DNA of 52,285 nucleotides from Thermomicrobiales bacterium (GTDB lineage Bacteria > Chloroflexota > Chloroflexia > Thermomicrobiales > UBA6265). This document shows, in pieces, positions 44,568 to 52,285 of this stretch. How positions within the stretch are numbered: position 1 is the first letter of the stretch; the number at the start of each line of letters is the position of its first letter. The stretch lies in NCBI GenBank assembly GCA_033813515.1, contig JAPXRQ010000002.1, forward strand, positions 1-52,285, given 5' to 3'. The notes beneath the pieces are model-generated. The model had not been told where the DNA came from. It was given only the letters and a program-made list of their open reading frames with translations, and searched no databases. The position numbers and the translations under genes are program-made.

Positions 44568-46115
44568 GTGTCTGTCCCCACCGGTGTCCCCGCAATTGAA
44601 CTGATCGACGTCACCAAGACGTTCGGCCCGGTCGTCGCCAATCGCAACGTCACCTTCGACGTGCGCGCGGGCGAAGTCCATGCCCTCGTCGGAGAAAACG
44701 GCGCAGGGAAGTCGACCCTGATGTCGATCGTCGCCGGTCTCTATCGACCGGACGCCGGCTCAATTCGTGTCGGCGGTCAACCCCGCATCTTTCATGCCCC
44801 CGGTGATGCCATCGAAGCAGGCATCGGCATGGTCTATCAGCATTTCATGCTGGTCGAAACCATGACCGTTGCCGAAAATGTCCTGCTTGGTCTCCGGAAC
44901 ACCCCGTTCAAACTTGATACATCGCACGTCAGCACCCGTCTGCGCGAGTTGGGCGATCGCTTTGGTCTCTCGGTCGATCCCGATCGTCAGGTTTGGCAGC
45001 TCTCGGTTGGCGAACAGCAACGCGCCGAAATCGTCCGACTCCTCTTTCGTGGCGCCCGCATCCTGGTCCTCGACGAGCCGACCGCCGTCCTCACGCCGGT
45101 CGAAGCACAGGGGCTGATCAAAACGGTCCGCGCGATGGCGGCCGACGGCTTCTCCCTCATCTTCATCTCGCACAAACTCGATGAGGTCCTGACGGTCTCC
45201 GATCGGATCACGGTCCTCCGGCGCGGCGAATCAGTGGCGACCGTCCCGGCTGCGGGCACCAATCGCTACGATCTCGCTCGCCTCATGGTCGGCCGCGAAC
45301 TCGCACCACCCCCACCCCCGCGCGTCTCGGAACCTGGTCCTGTCGTCCTCGCGACCCAGACCCTCGATGTCTGGAACGATCGCGGCACTCCGGCCGTGGT
45401 CGAACTCTCGCTCGCAGTCCGCGCCGGTGAGGTCCTCGGTATCGCGGGAGTTGCCGGCAATGGCCAACGCGAGCTGGTTGAAGCGTTGGCTGGTCTCCGC
45501 GCTCACGTCGGCGGATCGGTCACCATCAATGGCACTCCGGTCACCAGGCCCGATCCCGCGCACATTGCAACACTCGGTGTCGCTCACATCCCCGAAGACC
45601 GCCTCGCAACGGGACTCGCCGGCGGGCGCGATGTCGAAACCAATGCCGCCCTCCGCAGTTATCGTGAACCACCGCTCTCGACCGGTCCATTCCTGCGCCG
45701 GAGCGAGGTGGAAGGTTTTGCGGATCGGGTCATTGCGGCGAACGATGTTGCGACACCCGGCCGCCATGCGCGGGCCCGCCAACTTTCCGGCGGCAATCAG
45801 CAGAAACTGATCATCGGGCGCGAACTGGCCGGTGAACCTTCGCTGATCATCGCCAGTTACCCAACCCGGGGCGTCGATGTCGCCGCCAGCGAAGCCATTC
45901 ATGACCAGCTTCGGGCGCAGCGCGATCGTGGCGCCGCGATTCTCCTGGTCTCTGAGGATCTCGACGAATTGCGCGGCCTCAGCGATCGTATCGCCGTGAT
46001 GGTCCGTGGCCAGGTCATCGGAACACTGACTCCCGCGGAGGCCACCTCCGACGCGGTCGGCATGCTCATGGCAGGTTTCGCGGCCGAAGTGGAGGAGCCC
46101 GCCTCCAATGGCTGA
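44568..46115 (+). CDS. ABC transporter ATP-binding protein with duplicated NBDs (sugar/nucleoside uptake type)
   Basis: 515 aa from GTG 44568, with AGGAG at 44557-44561. NBD1 shows Walker A GENGAGKST, signature LSVGEQQRAEI and Walker B ILVLDEPT. NBD2 shows signature LSGGNQQKLIIGREL. Confidence 0.9.
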   Translation: MSVPTGVPAIELIDVTKTFGPVVANRNVTFDVRAGEVHALVGENGAGKSTLMSIVAGLYRPDAGSIRVGGQPRIFHAPGDAIEAGIGMVYQHFMLVETMTVAENVLLGLRNTPFKLDTSHVSTRLRELGDRFGLSVDPDRQVWQLSVGEQQRAEIVRLLFRGARILVLDEPTAVLTPVEAQGLIKTVRAMAADGFSLIFISHKLDEVLTVSDRITVLRRGESVATVPAAGTNRYDLARLMVGRELAPPPPPRVSEPGPVVLATQTLDVWNDRGTPAVVELSLAVRAGEVLGIAGVAGNGQRELVEALAGLRAHVGGSVTINGTPVTRPDPAHIATLGVAHIPEDRLATGLAGGRDVETNAALRSYREPPLSTGPFLRRSEVEGFADRVIAANDVATPGRHARARQLSGGNQQKLIIGRELAGEPSLIIASYPTRGVDVAASEAIHDQLRAQRDRGAAILLVSEDLDELRGLSDRIAVMVRGQVIGTLTPAEATSDAVGMLMAGFAAEVEEPASNG

Positions 46116-47193
46116 CACCGGCTTCTACTTTGAGCGACTCCCGACCCCATCCGGTTGGCGCACGTTGGCAATCACCGCAATCTCGATCATGCTCGCCCTG
46201 ATCGCAACAGGCATTGTCCTCGCCGTCAGCGGAGTCAACCCGTTCGATGTCTATCGCTCGATGCTCTCGGGATCGCTCGGCGATACCTACGCCCGCACCG
46301 AGACGCTCGTGAAAATGACCCCGCTGCTCCTCACCGGGCTCGCGGTCACGGTCGCGTTCCGCATGCAACTCTGGAATATCGGCGCCGAAGGTCAGCTCTA
46401 CTTCGGTGCAATCGCCGCCACCATCATCCCGCTGTTCTGGCTGCCCGACGCCGGCGGCTGGGTCATGGTCCCGGCCATGGTCATCATGGGCTTCCTGGGC
46501 GGCGCAATCTGGGGAGCCATTCCCGGCATTCTCCGCGCGTACTTCAACGCCAACGAGACCATCACCACCCTGATGCTCAACTACGTGGCCATTCTCTTTT
46601 GCCAGTACCTCGTGTACGGACCGTGGAAGGATCCGCAGGCGTTCGGCTTCCCCGGGACCAAGACATTCCCCGATGCCGCCTCGCTCCCCAACTGGCAGAC
46701 GTATCGGGTCAATATCGGCCTGATCTTCGCGCTTGTTGCGGTCGTCGTCATCGCCTTCATCTTGCGCCGTACCCGCTTCGGCTTCGAGATCGCGGTCATC
46801 GGCGATAACCCCCGAGCCGCTCGTTACGCCGGGATGCACACCCGCCGCATGATCGTCCTCGTCCTGGCCCTGAGCGGTGGACTTGCCGGAATTGCCGGCA
46901 TGATCGAGGTCGCCGGTATCAATCACTCACTGCAGCGCCAGATCAGCCCCGGATATGGCTACACCGCGATCATCGTCGCCTGGCTCGCCCGTCTCAATCC
47001 GTACGCCCTCATCCTGGTCAGTTTCTTCATGGCCACCATCCTCGTCGGCAGCGATCAATTGCAGACATCTATGGGCCTGCCCGGATCGGTCGGACCGATG
47101 TTCCAGGGTGCACTGCTTTTCTTCCTGATTGGTGGCGAGGTCTTTACCCGCTACCGACTCCGACGCGCAGTCCCGGACCTCGCCAATGGATAG
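46108..47193 (+). CDS. ABC transporter permease (BMP/ribose-type)
   Basis: 361 aa, multi-TM, overlapping the ATPase gene by 8 bp. Confidence 0.85.
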   Translation: MADTGFYFERLPTPSGWRTLAITAISIMLALIATGIVLAVSGVNPFDVYRSMLSGSLGDTYARTETLVKMTPLLLTGLAVTVAFRMQLWNIGAEGQLYFGAIAATIIPLFWLPDAGGWVMVPAMVIMGFLGGAIWGAIPGILRAYFNANETITTLMLNYVAILFCQYLVYGPWKDPQAFGFPGTKTFPDAASLPNWQTYRVNIGLIFALVAVVVIAFILRRTRFGFEIAVIGDNPRAARYAGMHTRRMIVLVLALSGGLAGIAGMIEVAGINHSLQRQISPGYGYTAIIVAWLARLNPYALILVSFFMATILVGSDQLQTSMGLPGSVGPMFQGALLFFLIGGEVFTRYRLRRAVPDLANG

Positions 47194-48130
47194 CGTCTGG
47201 TCGGTCGCCTTTTTCACGACCGTCTTTGCGGCAGCCATCCCGGCCGGCACCGCCATCCTCTACGCTTGTCTCGGGGAACTCATCGCGGAGCGCTCCGGCG
47301 TCCTCAACCTCGGCGTTGAAGGCATGATGCTGATGGGCGCCCTAGGTGGTGTCGCCGTCACGATCTGGACCGGATCAGCCGTCGTCGGCGTGATCGGAGC
47401 GATGATTGCCGGCGCCGTCCTCGCATCCTTGCACGCCATCGTGACAATCGGGCTGCGCGCCAACCAGGTCATCAGCGGTCTTGCCCTCACCCTGTTCGGA
47501 ACCGGACTTTCCGCATTCCTCGGCCGCAATCTGGTCGGCAAACCACTGCCCGACAAGTTTGGCGAGGTATCCATTCCAGTCCTCTCCGATATTCCCGAAA
47601 TCGGCGAGATCTTCTTCCAGCAGGACATGCTGACGTATCTGTCCTTTCTGGTTGTGCCCGCGCTCTGGTACTACATCTACCGCACCCAACCCGGCCTCCA
47701 CCTGCGTGCGATCGGCGAGAATCCGGCTGCCGCCGATGCTATGGGTGTGCCGGTCAACCCCCTCCGTTTCCTCTATGTCGTGGCTGGCGGTGCGCTGGCC
47801 GGTTTGGGCGGCGCGGTCATCTCCCTCTCAACGAATCCCGGCTGGACAGAAGGCATGACTGCCGGCCGTGGCTGGATCGCCGTCGCCCTTGTCATCTTTG
47901 CCGGCTGGAATCCGCTGTGGGCCATGGCTGGCGCCTGGATCTTCGGTGGCGTGCAGGCCGGACAATTTCAGTTGCAGGTGGTCGGGGTTGGTATCTCACC
48001 GTTCTTCCTGAACATGCTCCCGTACCTCTTTACAATTCTCGTGCTCGTCATCGCTTCGGGCGATCAGGCGAAGAAGCGAATTGGCGCTCCAGCGGCGCTC
48101 GGTCGTCCGTTCATCCGCGAGGAGCGTTGA
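47186..48130 (+). CDS. ABC transporter permease (second subunit)
   Basis: 314 aa from ATG 47186 (MDSVWSVAFFTTVF...), overlapping the upstream permease by 8 bp. Multi-TM. Confidence 0.85.
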   Translation: MDSVWSVAFFTTVFAAAIPAGTAILYACLGELIAERSGVLNLGVEGMMLMGALGGVAVTIWTGSAVVGVIGAMIAGAVLASLHAIVTIGLRANQVISGLALTLFGTGLSAFLGRNLVGKPLPDKFGEVSIPVLSDIPEIGEIFFQQDMLTYLSFLVVPALWYYIYRTQPGLHLRAIGENPAAADAMGVPVNPLRFLYVVAGGALAGLGGAVISLSTNPGWTEGMTAGRGWIAVALVIFAGWNPLWAMAGAWIFGGVQAGQFQLQVVGVGISPFFLNMLPYLFTILVLVIASGDQAKKRIGAPAALGRPFIREER

Positions 48131-49032
48131 TGGACCACGCCAGCCCAGTCGAGGATCACCTGCCGCCAATGTCGATTCCCCGGTACGACCGCCACCACGA
48201 GCAACCCGCCGAGTCGACCGTTGCCGACCCTGCCCCGTTCAGCGAGCTCGAATCGTTGCTCGGTGCATCAACACTTTTGCCCGGCAGCAAAGATCTTGCC
48301 CGCGCCGTCCTCCGCTATGCCGAACCGCGCATCTTTGGCGGCGGCGGTCTTGGTCTCGAATACGGCCCACTTCTCAAGACAGCCACCCGCCCGGACCTGC
48401 TCCGGACGCACATCGCCGAAGTCGCCGCTCACCTGCACCAGGCCAGAGTCGACCTGCTGGTTGTTCCCGGCATGTCCGGCTATCCCATCGGCGCCATGTA
48501 CAGCCAGGCCAGCGGCATACCGGCCGTGCTCCTCAAGAAACAGACGCACCGTGAGGTGTCGATGAAGTCGCCGCCACCCGGCGCGTTCCTGATTCCCTCA
48601 TACACCGGCGATGGCGACACCCTGATCTCCGCCGATATGGCCGCCGTCCGTGCCATGCTCGATCCAATCATTGAGCGCCAACTCCAGTCTGCGGAGAACA
48701 AACCGACCATCGAGATCCGCATCGCCGGGGCCGATGAGATTATCGACAAGGCCACCATGGCCACGGCCATCACCGAAACCGCTCCGATCTTCTGTCGCGC
48801 CGCTGCCGAATCCTTGCTGGCCGGGCGCGCTGCCGATCTCCGCATCACCTTCGTTGCCTGGGTTACCCCGCTGATCAAGGCCTACAACCGCTCACAGACC
48901 GTCCTGAGCGAACGGTTTGGTATCGAACCGTTCGCCGGCCTCGCACTGACCTCGCTTCAGATCGATCCACCTGCCGCTGGCATTGCGGGCCTCGGCACCA
49001 TCGCATTCGCACCCGGAGAATCCACCACGTGA
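48130..49032 (+). CDS. Hypothetical protein, possibly a divergent phosphoribosyltransferase-like fold
   Basis: 300 aa from ATG 48130 (TGATG overlap with the permease stop). The segment VDLLVVPGMSGYPIGAMYSQASGIPAVLLKK resembles the type I PRTase core (D.IVG.E.RG...A..LA..LG.P.V..RK). A later IEIRIAGADEIIDKATMATAI sits where the PRPP loop (V.IVDD.I.TG.T) would be, but it is degenerate. The functional call is weak. Confidence 0.5.
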   Translation: MDHASPVEDHLPPMSIPRYDRHHEQPAESTVADPAPFSELESLLGASTLLPGSKDLARAVLRYAEPRIFGGGGLGLEYGPLLKTATRPDLLRTHIAEVAAHLHQARVDLLVVPGMSGYPIGAMYSQASGIPAVLLKKQTHREVSMKSPPPGAFLIPSYTGDGDTLISADMAAVRAMLDPIIERQLQSAENKPTIEIRIAGADEIIDKATMATAITETAPIFCRAAAESLLAGRAADLRITFVAWVTPLIKAYNRSQTVLSERFGIEPFAGLALTSLQIDPPAAGIAGLGTIAFAPGESTT

Positions 49033-50138
49033 AGTACCAGCGCATGATCATGGAAGTCGAAAGCCCGGAGCAGATCGGCTACGAAAAGGTTGTCGTCAAC
49101 CTGGCCGAAAGCTCGATGCGCGATCGCACCCTGGAAGATGTCGGTCTCAAACCAGACGATCTTGCCAATGTGCTCCTCAACTATGGCGACCACCGCGGCA
49201 GCGAGATGGCCCGGACCTTGATCGCCGCTGAGGCCGGGGGAGCGCTCGCCCCAACCGATGTCCTCGTCGCAGTTGGCGCTGCCGGTGCCCTCTTCCTCGT
49301 CGCGACCGCCATCCTCAATCCCGGCGACGGGCTCGTCGTTGTCCGGCCCAATTACGCCAGTAACCTGGAAACGCCACGAGCCATTGGCGCCGATATCACC
49401 TACGTCGAACTTGCCCACGAGAGCGGTTACCGCCTCGATCCCGACCAGATCGCCGCCGCCATCACCCCCAACACACGCCTGGTCAGTATCACCACACCGC
49501 ACAACCCGACCGGCGCGATCATCCCGGCCGATGATCTTCAGCGGATCGTCGAAATCACTGCCAATGCCGGTTGCTGGCTGCTTGTCGACGAGACCTACCG
49601 CGAACTGGCCGACGAAATCGCTCCGCCGGCCTCAATCCTGGGCACGCATGTGATCAGCGTCTCCTCGCTCTCGAAGACCTACGGTGTACCGGGTATCCGC
49701 TTCGGCTGGCTCACCTGCCGCGATCAATCCCTGATGACGATTCTTCTCGCCGCCCAGGAGCAACTCGCCCTCGCGCACTCCACGCTCGATACCGCTGTCG
49801 CCGAGTTCATCCTCGCCAATCGCGAACGCCTGCTCCCCGATGTCCGCACACACCTCCACGCCAACCGTGCCATCGTGGCCGACTGGATCGCTGCCGATCC
49901 GCGCATCGAGTGGGTCGCACCTCAGGGCGGCGCTGTCTGCTTCCCACGTTTCGCTGATCCCGCCATCAACGCGCGCCGCATCTTTGCCAACCTGCAGAAG
50001 GCCGGCATCTTTCTCGGTCCGGGTTGGTGGTTCGAGCAGGAGGAGCGCTGCTTTCGCCTCGGGTTTGGTTACCCGACTGAGGAAGAACTCCGCCTTGGTT
50101 TACAGATGATCTCGAGCGAACTCGATCGCGCTACCTAA
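49029..50138 (+). CDS. Class I/II PLP-dependent aminotransferase
   Basis: 369 aa from GTG 49029 (GTGA overlap). Motifs seen: PNYASN, TTPHNPTG, LLVDETYREL, SSLSKTYGVPGIRFGWL (PLP-Lys in SLSK). Confidence 0.85.
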   Translation: MKYQRMIMEVESPEQIGYEKVVVNLAESSMRDRTLEDVGLKPDDLANVLLNYGDHRGSEMARTLIAAEAGGALAPTDVLVAVGAAGALFLVATAILNPGDGLVVVRPNYASNLETPRAIGADITYVELAHESGYRLDPDQIAAAITPNTRLVSITTPHNPTGAIIPADDLQRIVEITANAGCWLLVDETYRELADEIAPPASILGTHVISVSSLSKTYGVPGIRFGWLTCRDQSLMTILLAAQEQLALAHSTLDTAVAEFILANRERLLPDVRTHLHANRAIVADWIAADPRIEWVAPQGGAVCFPRFADPAINARRIFANLQKAGIFLGPGWWFEQEERCFRLGFGYPTEEELRLGLQMISSELDRAT

Positions 50139-52285
50139 TCCGGCGGAAGCACGACCAATTCGGCGATATTCCCCAGCGTCTCACCCGTGGCGCTGAACGG
50201 GAAGACGATCCGGACATACCGTGTCGAACTTACTGACGCGTCGGGATCCGGCGACACCGTGATCCACCCATCATCGTCAATCGCTGCTGTGCCATCGACT
50301 TCGGCATATCGAACCCAGGTCTCGCCGTCTTCCGACACCTCGATGATGCCGTTGCCCGCAAGACCGCCCGGCCCGGTCAACATGCGGATGACGCCAATCG
50401 CGAGCACCTGTCCATAGTCCAGCTGCAGCACGCCAATCGGCGAGGAACCATCGTCGGTCGTCGTCCAGATAGTCCCGGGATCACCGTCGACCGCCTGGGC
50501 ACCGTTGGTTGAATTGGTTGAGCGCGTGATGCCGGTCACCACGTACGGTGTCGGAGTAACCGCAACCGGTGTCTCCACTGGCGGCTCAGTCGGCGCCTCG
50601 GTCGCATCCGGAGTGGGGGAGCCGTCGATCGGCACCGGCGTCTCGGTTGGCGCCTCAGGCGTTGTCGTCGCGGTCGGAATCACTGTCTCGGTCGCAACTG
50701 GAGTCTCATCCGGAACAGTTGGCGACACCTCAATCGTCGGAGTGACCGTCGGTGCCGGTGTTGGCGGTACCGTCGGGTCCTCGGTATCGGCGCTGCCGTT
50801 GACCGTGAACGTCGTCGATGCGCTTCGGCTGACCGTAGTCACCGAACCACGCACCGTATTGGCGCCGGCCGCCGCCGACCACGGCACACTGACCATCATC
50901 GATCCACGCCCGTTCGACGCAATCGTCACTGTTCCCAACACGGTGTAGTCGGTTGTGGATTTTCCGTACCACCGGATCTGGACTCGATCACCCGGTGCGT
51001 ATCCGTAGAGGTAAACGCGGAATGCCGAACCAGGATCGCCTCCGGTCACATTCGTCGTGATCCGCGGAATCACCCGCAATGTCTGCCGACTGATATGTCC
51101 GTCACCATCATTGGCCAGGACGACATAATCACCGAGCGGCGCAAGCGGTGTCCGGAACTTGATACTCGTCGCACCTGAACTGTTCGTCGTCCGGCTCCCC
51201 AGCACCGTTCCATCTGGCCAGGTCAGCGTCACCGTCTTCCCTGGACTGAAGCCGGTAAGCGTTGCTTCGACCGTGCCGTTGTATTTGCTGCTGCTGGTCG
51301 AGAGTGTCATCGCCCAGGTCGGCTGGATCTCGGTAAACACCAGAGACGCGCTCCGGCTGATACCGACGACGGATCCGCGCACCGTGTGAGCGCCTGGCTG
51401 CCCGTCATCCGGAATGGTGATAAGTGCTGTCCCCCGTCCGTTCCCAGCGATGGTAAGCGTATTCAGCACCTGATAGGACGATCCGTCCGCCGTGAACCAC
51501 CTCGTCTCGACCTGATCACCCGGGGCAAACCCGTAGTAGTAGACCCGAACCACATCCAGCGGATATCCGGACTCGGCAGTCAACATAACGCGGGGAATGA
51601 CGCGCAGTCCCTCTACGCCGACGTGTCCGCTCTCATCCGTCGCCAGAACACCGTAGTCGCCCAGCGGCGCAAGCGGAGTCTTGAACGTGACCGTCGCCCC
51701 ACCACTGCCATTTGTCGTCGCGGAACCCAGACCGGTCCCATCCTGCCAGGTCAGATTGATTGGCGAATACGGCGCGAAGCCGGCCAGTGTGGCGGTCACA
51801 AATCCGTTGTATTTGCTCTGTTCCTTGTCCAGTGCCACCGTCCAGTCCGTCTGCTGGAGCGTGAACTGGACTGTTGCCGATTGCCCACCTTCGACCAGGC
51901 GTCCTCGAATCGAATGCTTGCCCGGCTCCCACGAGTAGGGGATCGTGACGAGCACCGAGGCCCGTCCGGTATCCGCAATCGTCACTGTCGCCAGCACGGT
52001 CGGCGTGCCATCGGACGCCTCCCAGAGAACATCGACCACGTCTTCGCGCACAAACCCGTACAGGTACACGCGGACGACATCACCCGGTATCCCCGTCGTC
52101 GTATTGACATTGACCCGCGGGATCACTTCGATCAGTTCGGTGTCGCTCATCCCGGAGGAGTCTTTGGCCAGAACAGCCTGTCCACCTCCTTCCGCGAGCG
52201 GCGCCCTGAACTTGACCGTCCCCTTGCCCCCGCTATCGGCGACTACTGTCCCAACAACAGACTTGTCCGCCCAGTAAACAGTGAT
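50135..52285 (-). CDS. Modular surface/secreted protein: tandem Ig-like bi-domain modules, Pro/Thr linker, F5/8 type C (discoidin) domain. The 5' end lies outside the window.
   Basis: The reading frame stays open from 52150 to the window edge (52285). Those 45 codons (ITVYWADKSVVGTVVADSGGKGTVKFRAPLAEGGGQAVLAKDSSG) align with the end of the internal repeat (VTLTWPDGTVLGSRTTNSSGATSIKFRTPLAPLGDYVVLANDGDG). The ATG at 52150 is therefore internal. The C-terminal roughly 130 aa look like a galactose-binding/discoidin domain (AVDGDPGTIWTT...GVIRML...IEVSEDGETWV...RYVRIVF). Confidence 0.8.
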   Translation of the reverse strand: MTVYWADKSVVGTVVADSGGKGTVKFRAPLAEGGGQAVLAKDSSGMSDTELIEVIPRVNVNTTTGIPGDVVRVYLYGFVREDVVDVLWEASDGTPTVLATVTIADTGRASVLVTIPYSWEPGKHSIRGRLVEGGQSATVQFTLQQTDWTVALDKEQSKYNGFVTATLAGFAPYSPINLTWQDGTGLGSATTNGSGGATVTFKTPLAPLGDYGVLATDESGHVGVEGLRVIPRVMLTAESGYPLDVVRVYYYGFAPGDQVETRWFTADGSSYQVLNTLTIAGNGRGTALITIPDDGQPGAHTVRGSVVGISRSASLVFTEIQPTWAMTLSTSSSKYNGTVEATLTGFSPGKTVTLTWPDGTVLGSRTTNSSGATSIKFRTPLAPLGDYVVLANDGDGHISRQTLRVIPRITTNVTGGDPGSAFRVYLYGYAPGDRVQIRWYGKSTTDYTVLGTVTIASNGRGSMMVSVPWSAAAGANTVRGSVTTVSRSASTTFTVNGSADTEDPTVPPTPAPTVTPTIEVSPTVPDETPVATETVIPTATTTPEAPTETPVPIDGSPTPDATEAPTEPPVETPVAVTPTPYVVTGITRSTNSTNGAQAVDGDPGTIWTTTDDGSSPIGVLQLDYGQVLAIGVIRMLTGPGGLAGNGIIEVSEDGETWVRYAEVDGTAAIDDDGWITVSPDPDASVSSTRYVRIVFPFSATGETLGNIAELVVLPPD
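50546..50788 (-). repeat. Pro/Thr/Glu/Val-rich linker coding tract
   Basis: Translation: DTEDPTVPPTPAPTVTPTIEVSPTVPDETPVATETVIPTATTTPEAPTETPVPIDGSPTPDATEAPTEPPVETPVAVTPTP. Confidence 0.7.
50800..52285 (-). repeat. Protein-level tandem repeat: about 175-aa modules (IPRV...GLRV), at least 3.5 copies, divergent at the DNA level
   Basis: Module starts are IPRVNVNTTTGIPGDVVRVYLYGF (aa 10), IPRVMLTAESGYPLDVVRVYYYGF (aa 185) and IPRITTNVTGGDPGSAFRVYLYGY (aa 361, half module). A partial module lies at the window edge. Each module has two sub-domains of about 85-90 aa. Confidence 0.65.

Noticed and set aside
52148-52150. ATG at 52150 as the start of the surface-protein gene
   Set aside because: The frame is open upstream to the window edge, and the upstream codons align with the internal repeat consensus. 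The Met is therefore internal.
1-52285. CRISPR arrays, tandem DNA repeats, tRNA/rRNA genes, IS elements, integrases, prophage or toxin-antitoxin genes
   Set aside because: I saw no direct-repeat/spacer periodicity. The few intergenic regions longer than 100 nt (10177-10459, 15026-15425, 23862-24096, 29805-29959, 37269-37396, 39377-39540, 40800-40949, 43045-43398) show no tRNA-like T-arm or cloverleaf by eye. No transposase, recombinase or phage motifs appear in any frame. The repeats found are protein-level and diverged. This was not verified with tRNAscan, Infernal or a repeat finder.

Overview
This is a GC-rich (about 60-65 % by eye) bacterial chromosomal segment. I call about 41 protein-coding genes, mostly in tightly packed, translationally coupled operons (many ATGA/GTGA/TGATG stop-start overlaps). 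I recognised no rRNA, tRNA, CRISPR array, transposase, integrase or phage genes. All calls rest on motifs read in the supplied translations and on local nucleotide context; no searches were run. The taxon cannot be determined from the window. The gene content (BMP-type ABC transporter with a Tat signal, TadE/TadG pseudopilins, multi-GAF signalling protein) is compatible with Chloroflexota/Thermomicrobia-like or actinobacterial genomes, but that is a guess.

Gene order, left to right:
1. (-) corA, preceded by a five-gene membrane operon: two uncharacterised proteins, DUF58, a BatA-like VWA protein and a double-VWA/GATase1-like protein. No MoxR ATPase is present.
2. An amino-acid/amide metabolism patch: M20 amidohydrolase, TfoX-N-like protein, group II PLP decarboxylase and a cyclic amidohydrolase.
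3. (+) A 2347-aa membrane-anchored protein with 11 tandem GAF domains and a C-terminal GGDEF domain, followed by a secreted ScyD/ScyE-like protein with a ligand-less cupredoxin-like tail.
4. (+) A roughly 10.4 kb polysaccharide locus: four GT4 glycosyltransferases and a Wzy/O-antigen-ligase-like protein, then a coupled CelD/FemAB-like, DegT-like, CelD/FemAB-like, CE4 deacetylase module. pepA and a second M20 paralog follow.
5. (-) A three-gene AI-2E transporter operon, then (+) a membrane protein and a NUDIX hydrolase.
6. (-) An orphan TadE-TadE-TadG pseudopilin trio.
7. (+) A BMP-family ABC transporter operon extended by a PRTase-like protein and an aminotransferase.
8. (-) A modular surface protein that runs off the right edge of the window.

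The candidates most worth follow-up are the 11xGAF-GGDEF protein, the MoxR-less DUF58/VWA operon with its acidic low-complexity membrane protein, and the CelD-DegT-CelD-deacetylase module. None is demonstrably a new system from sequence alone.
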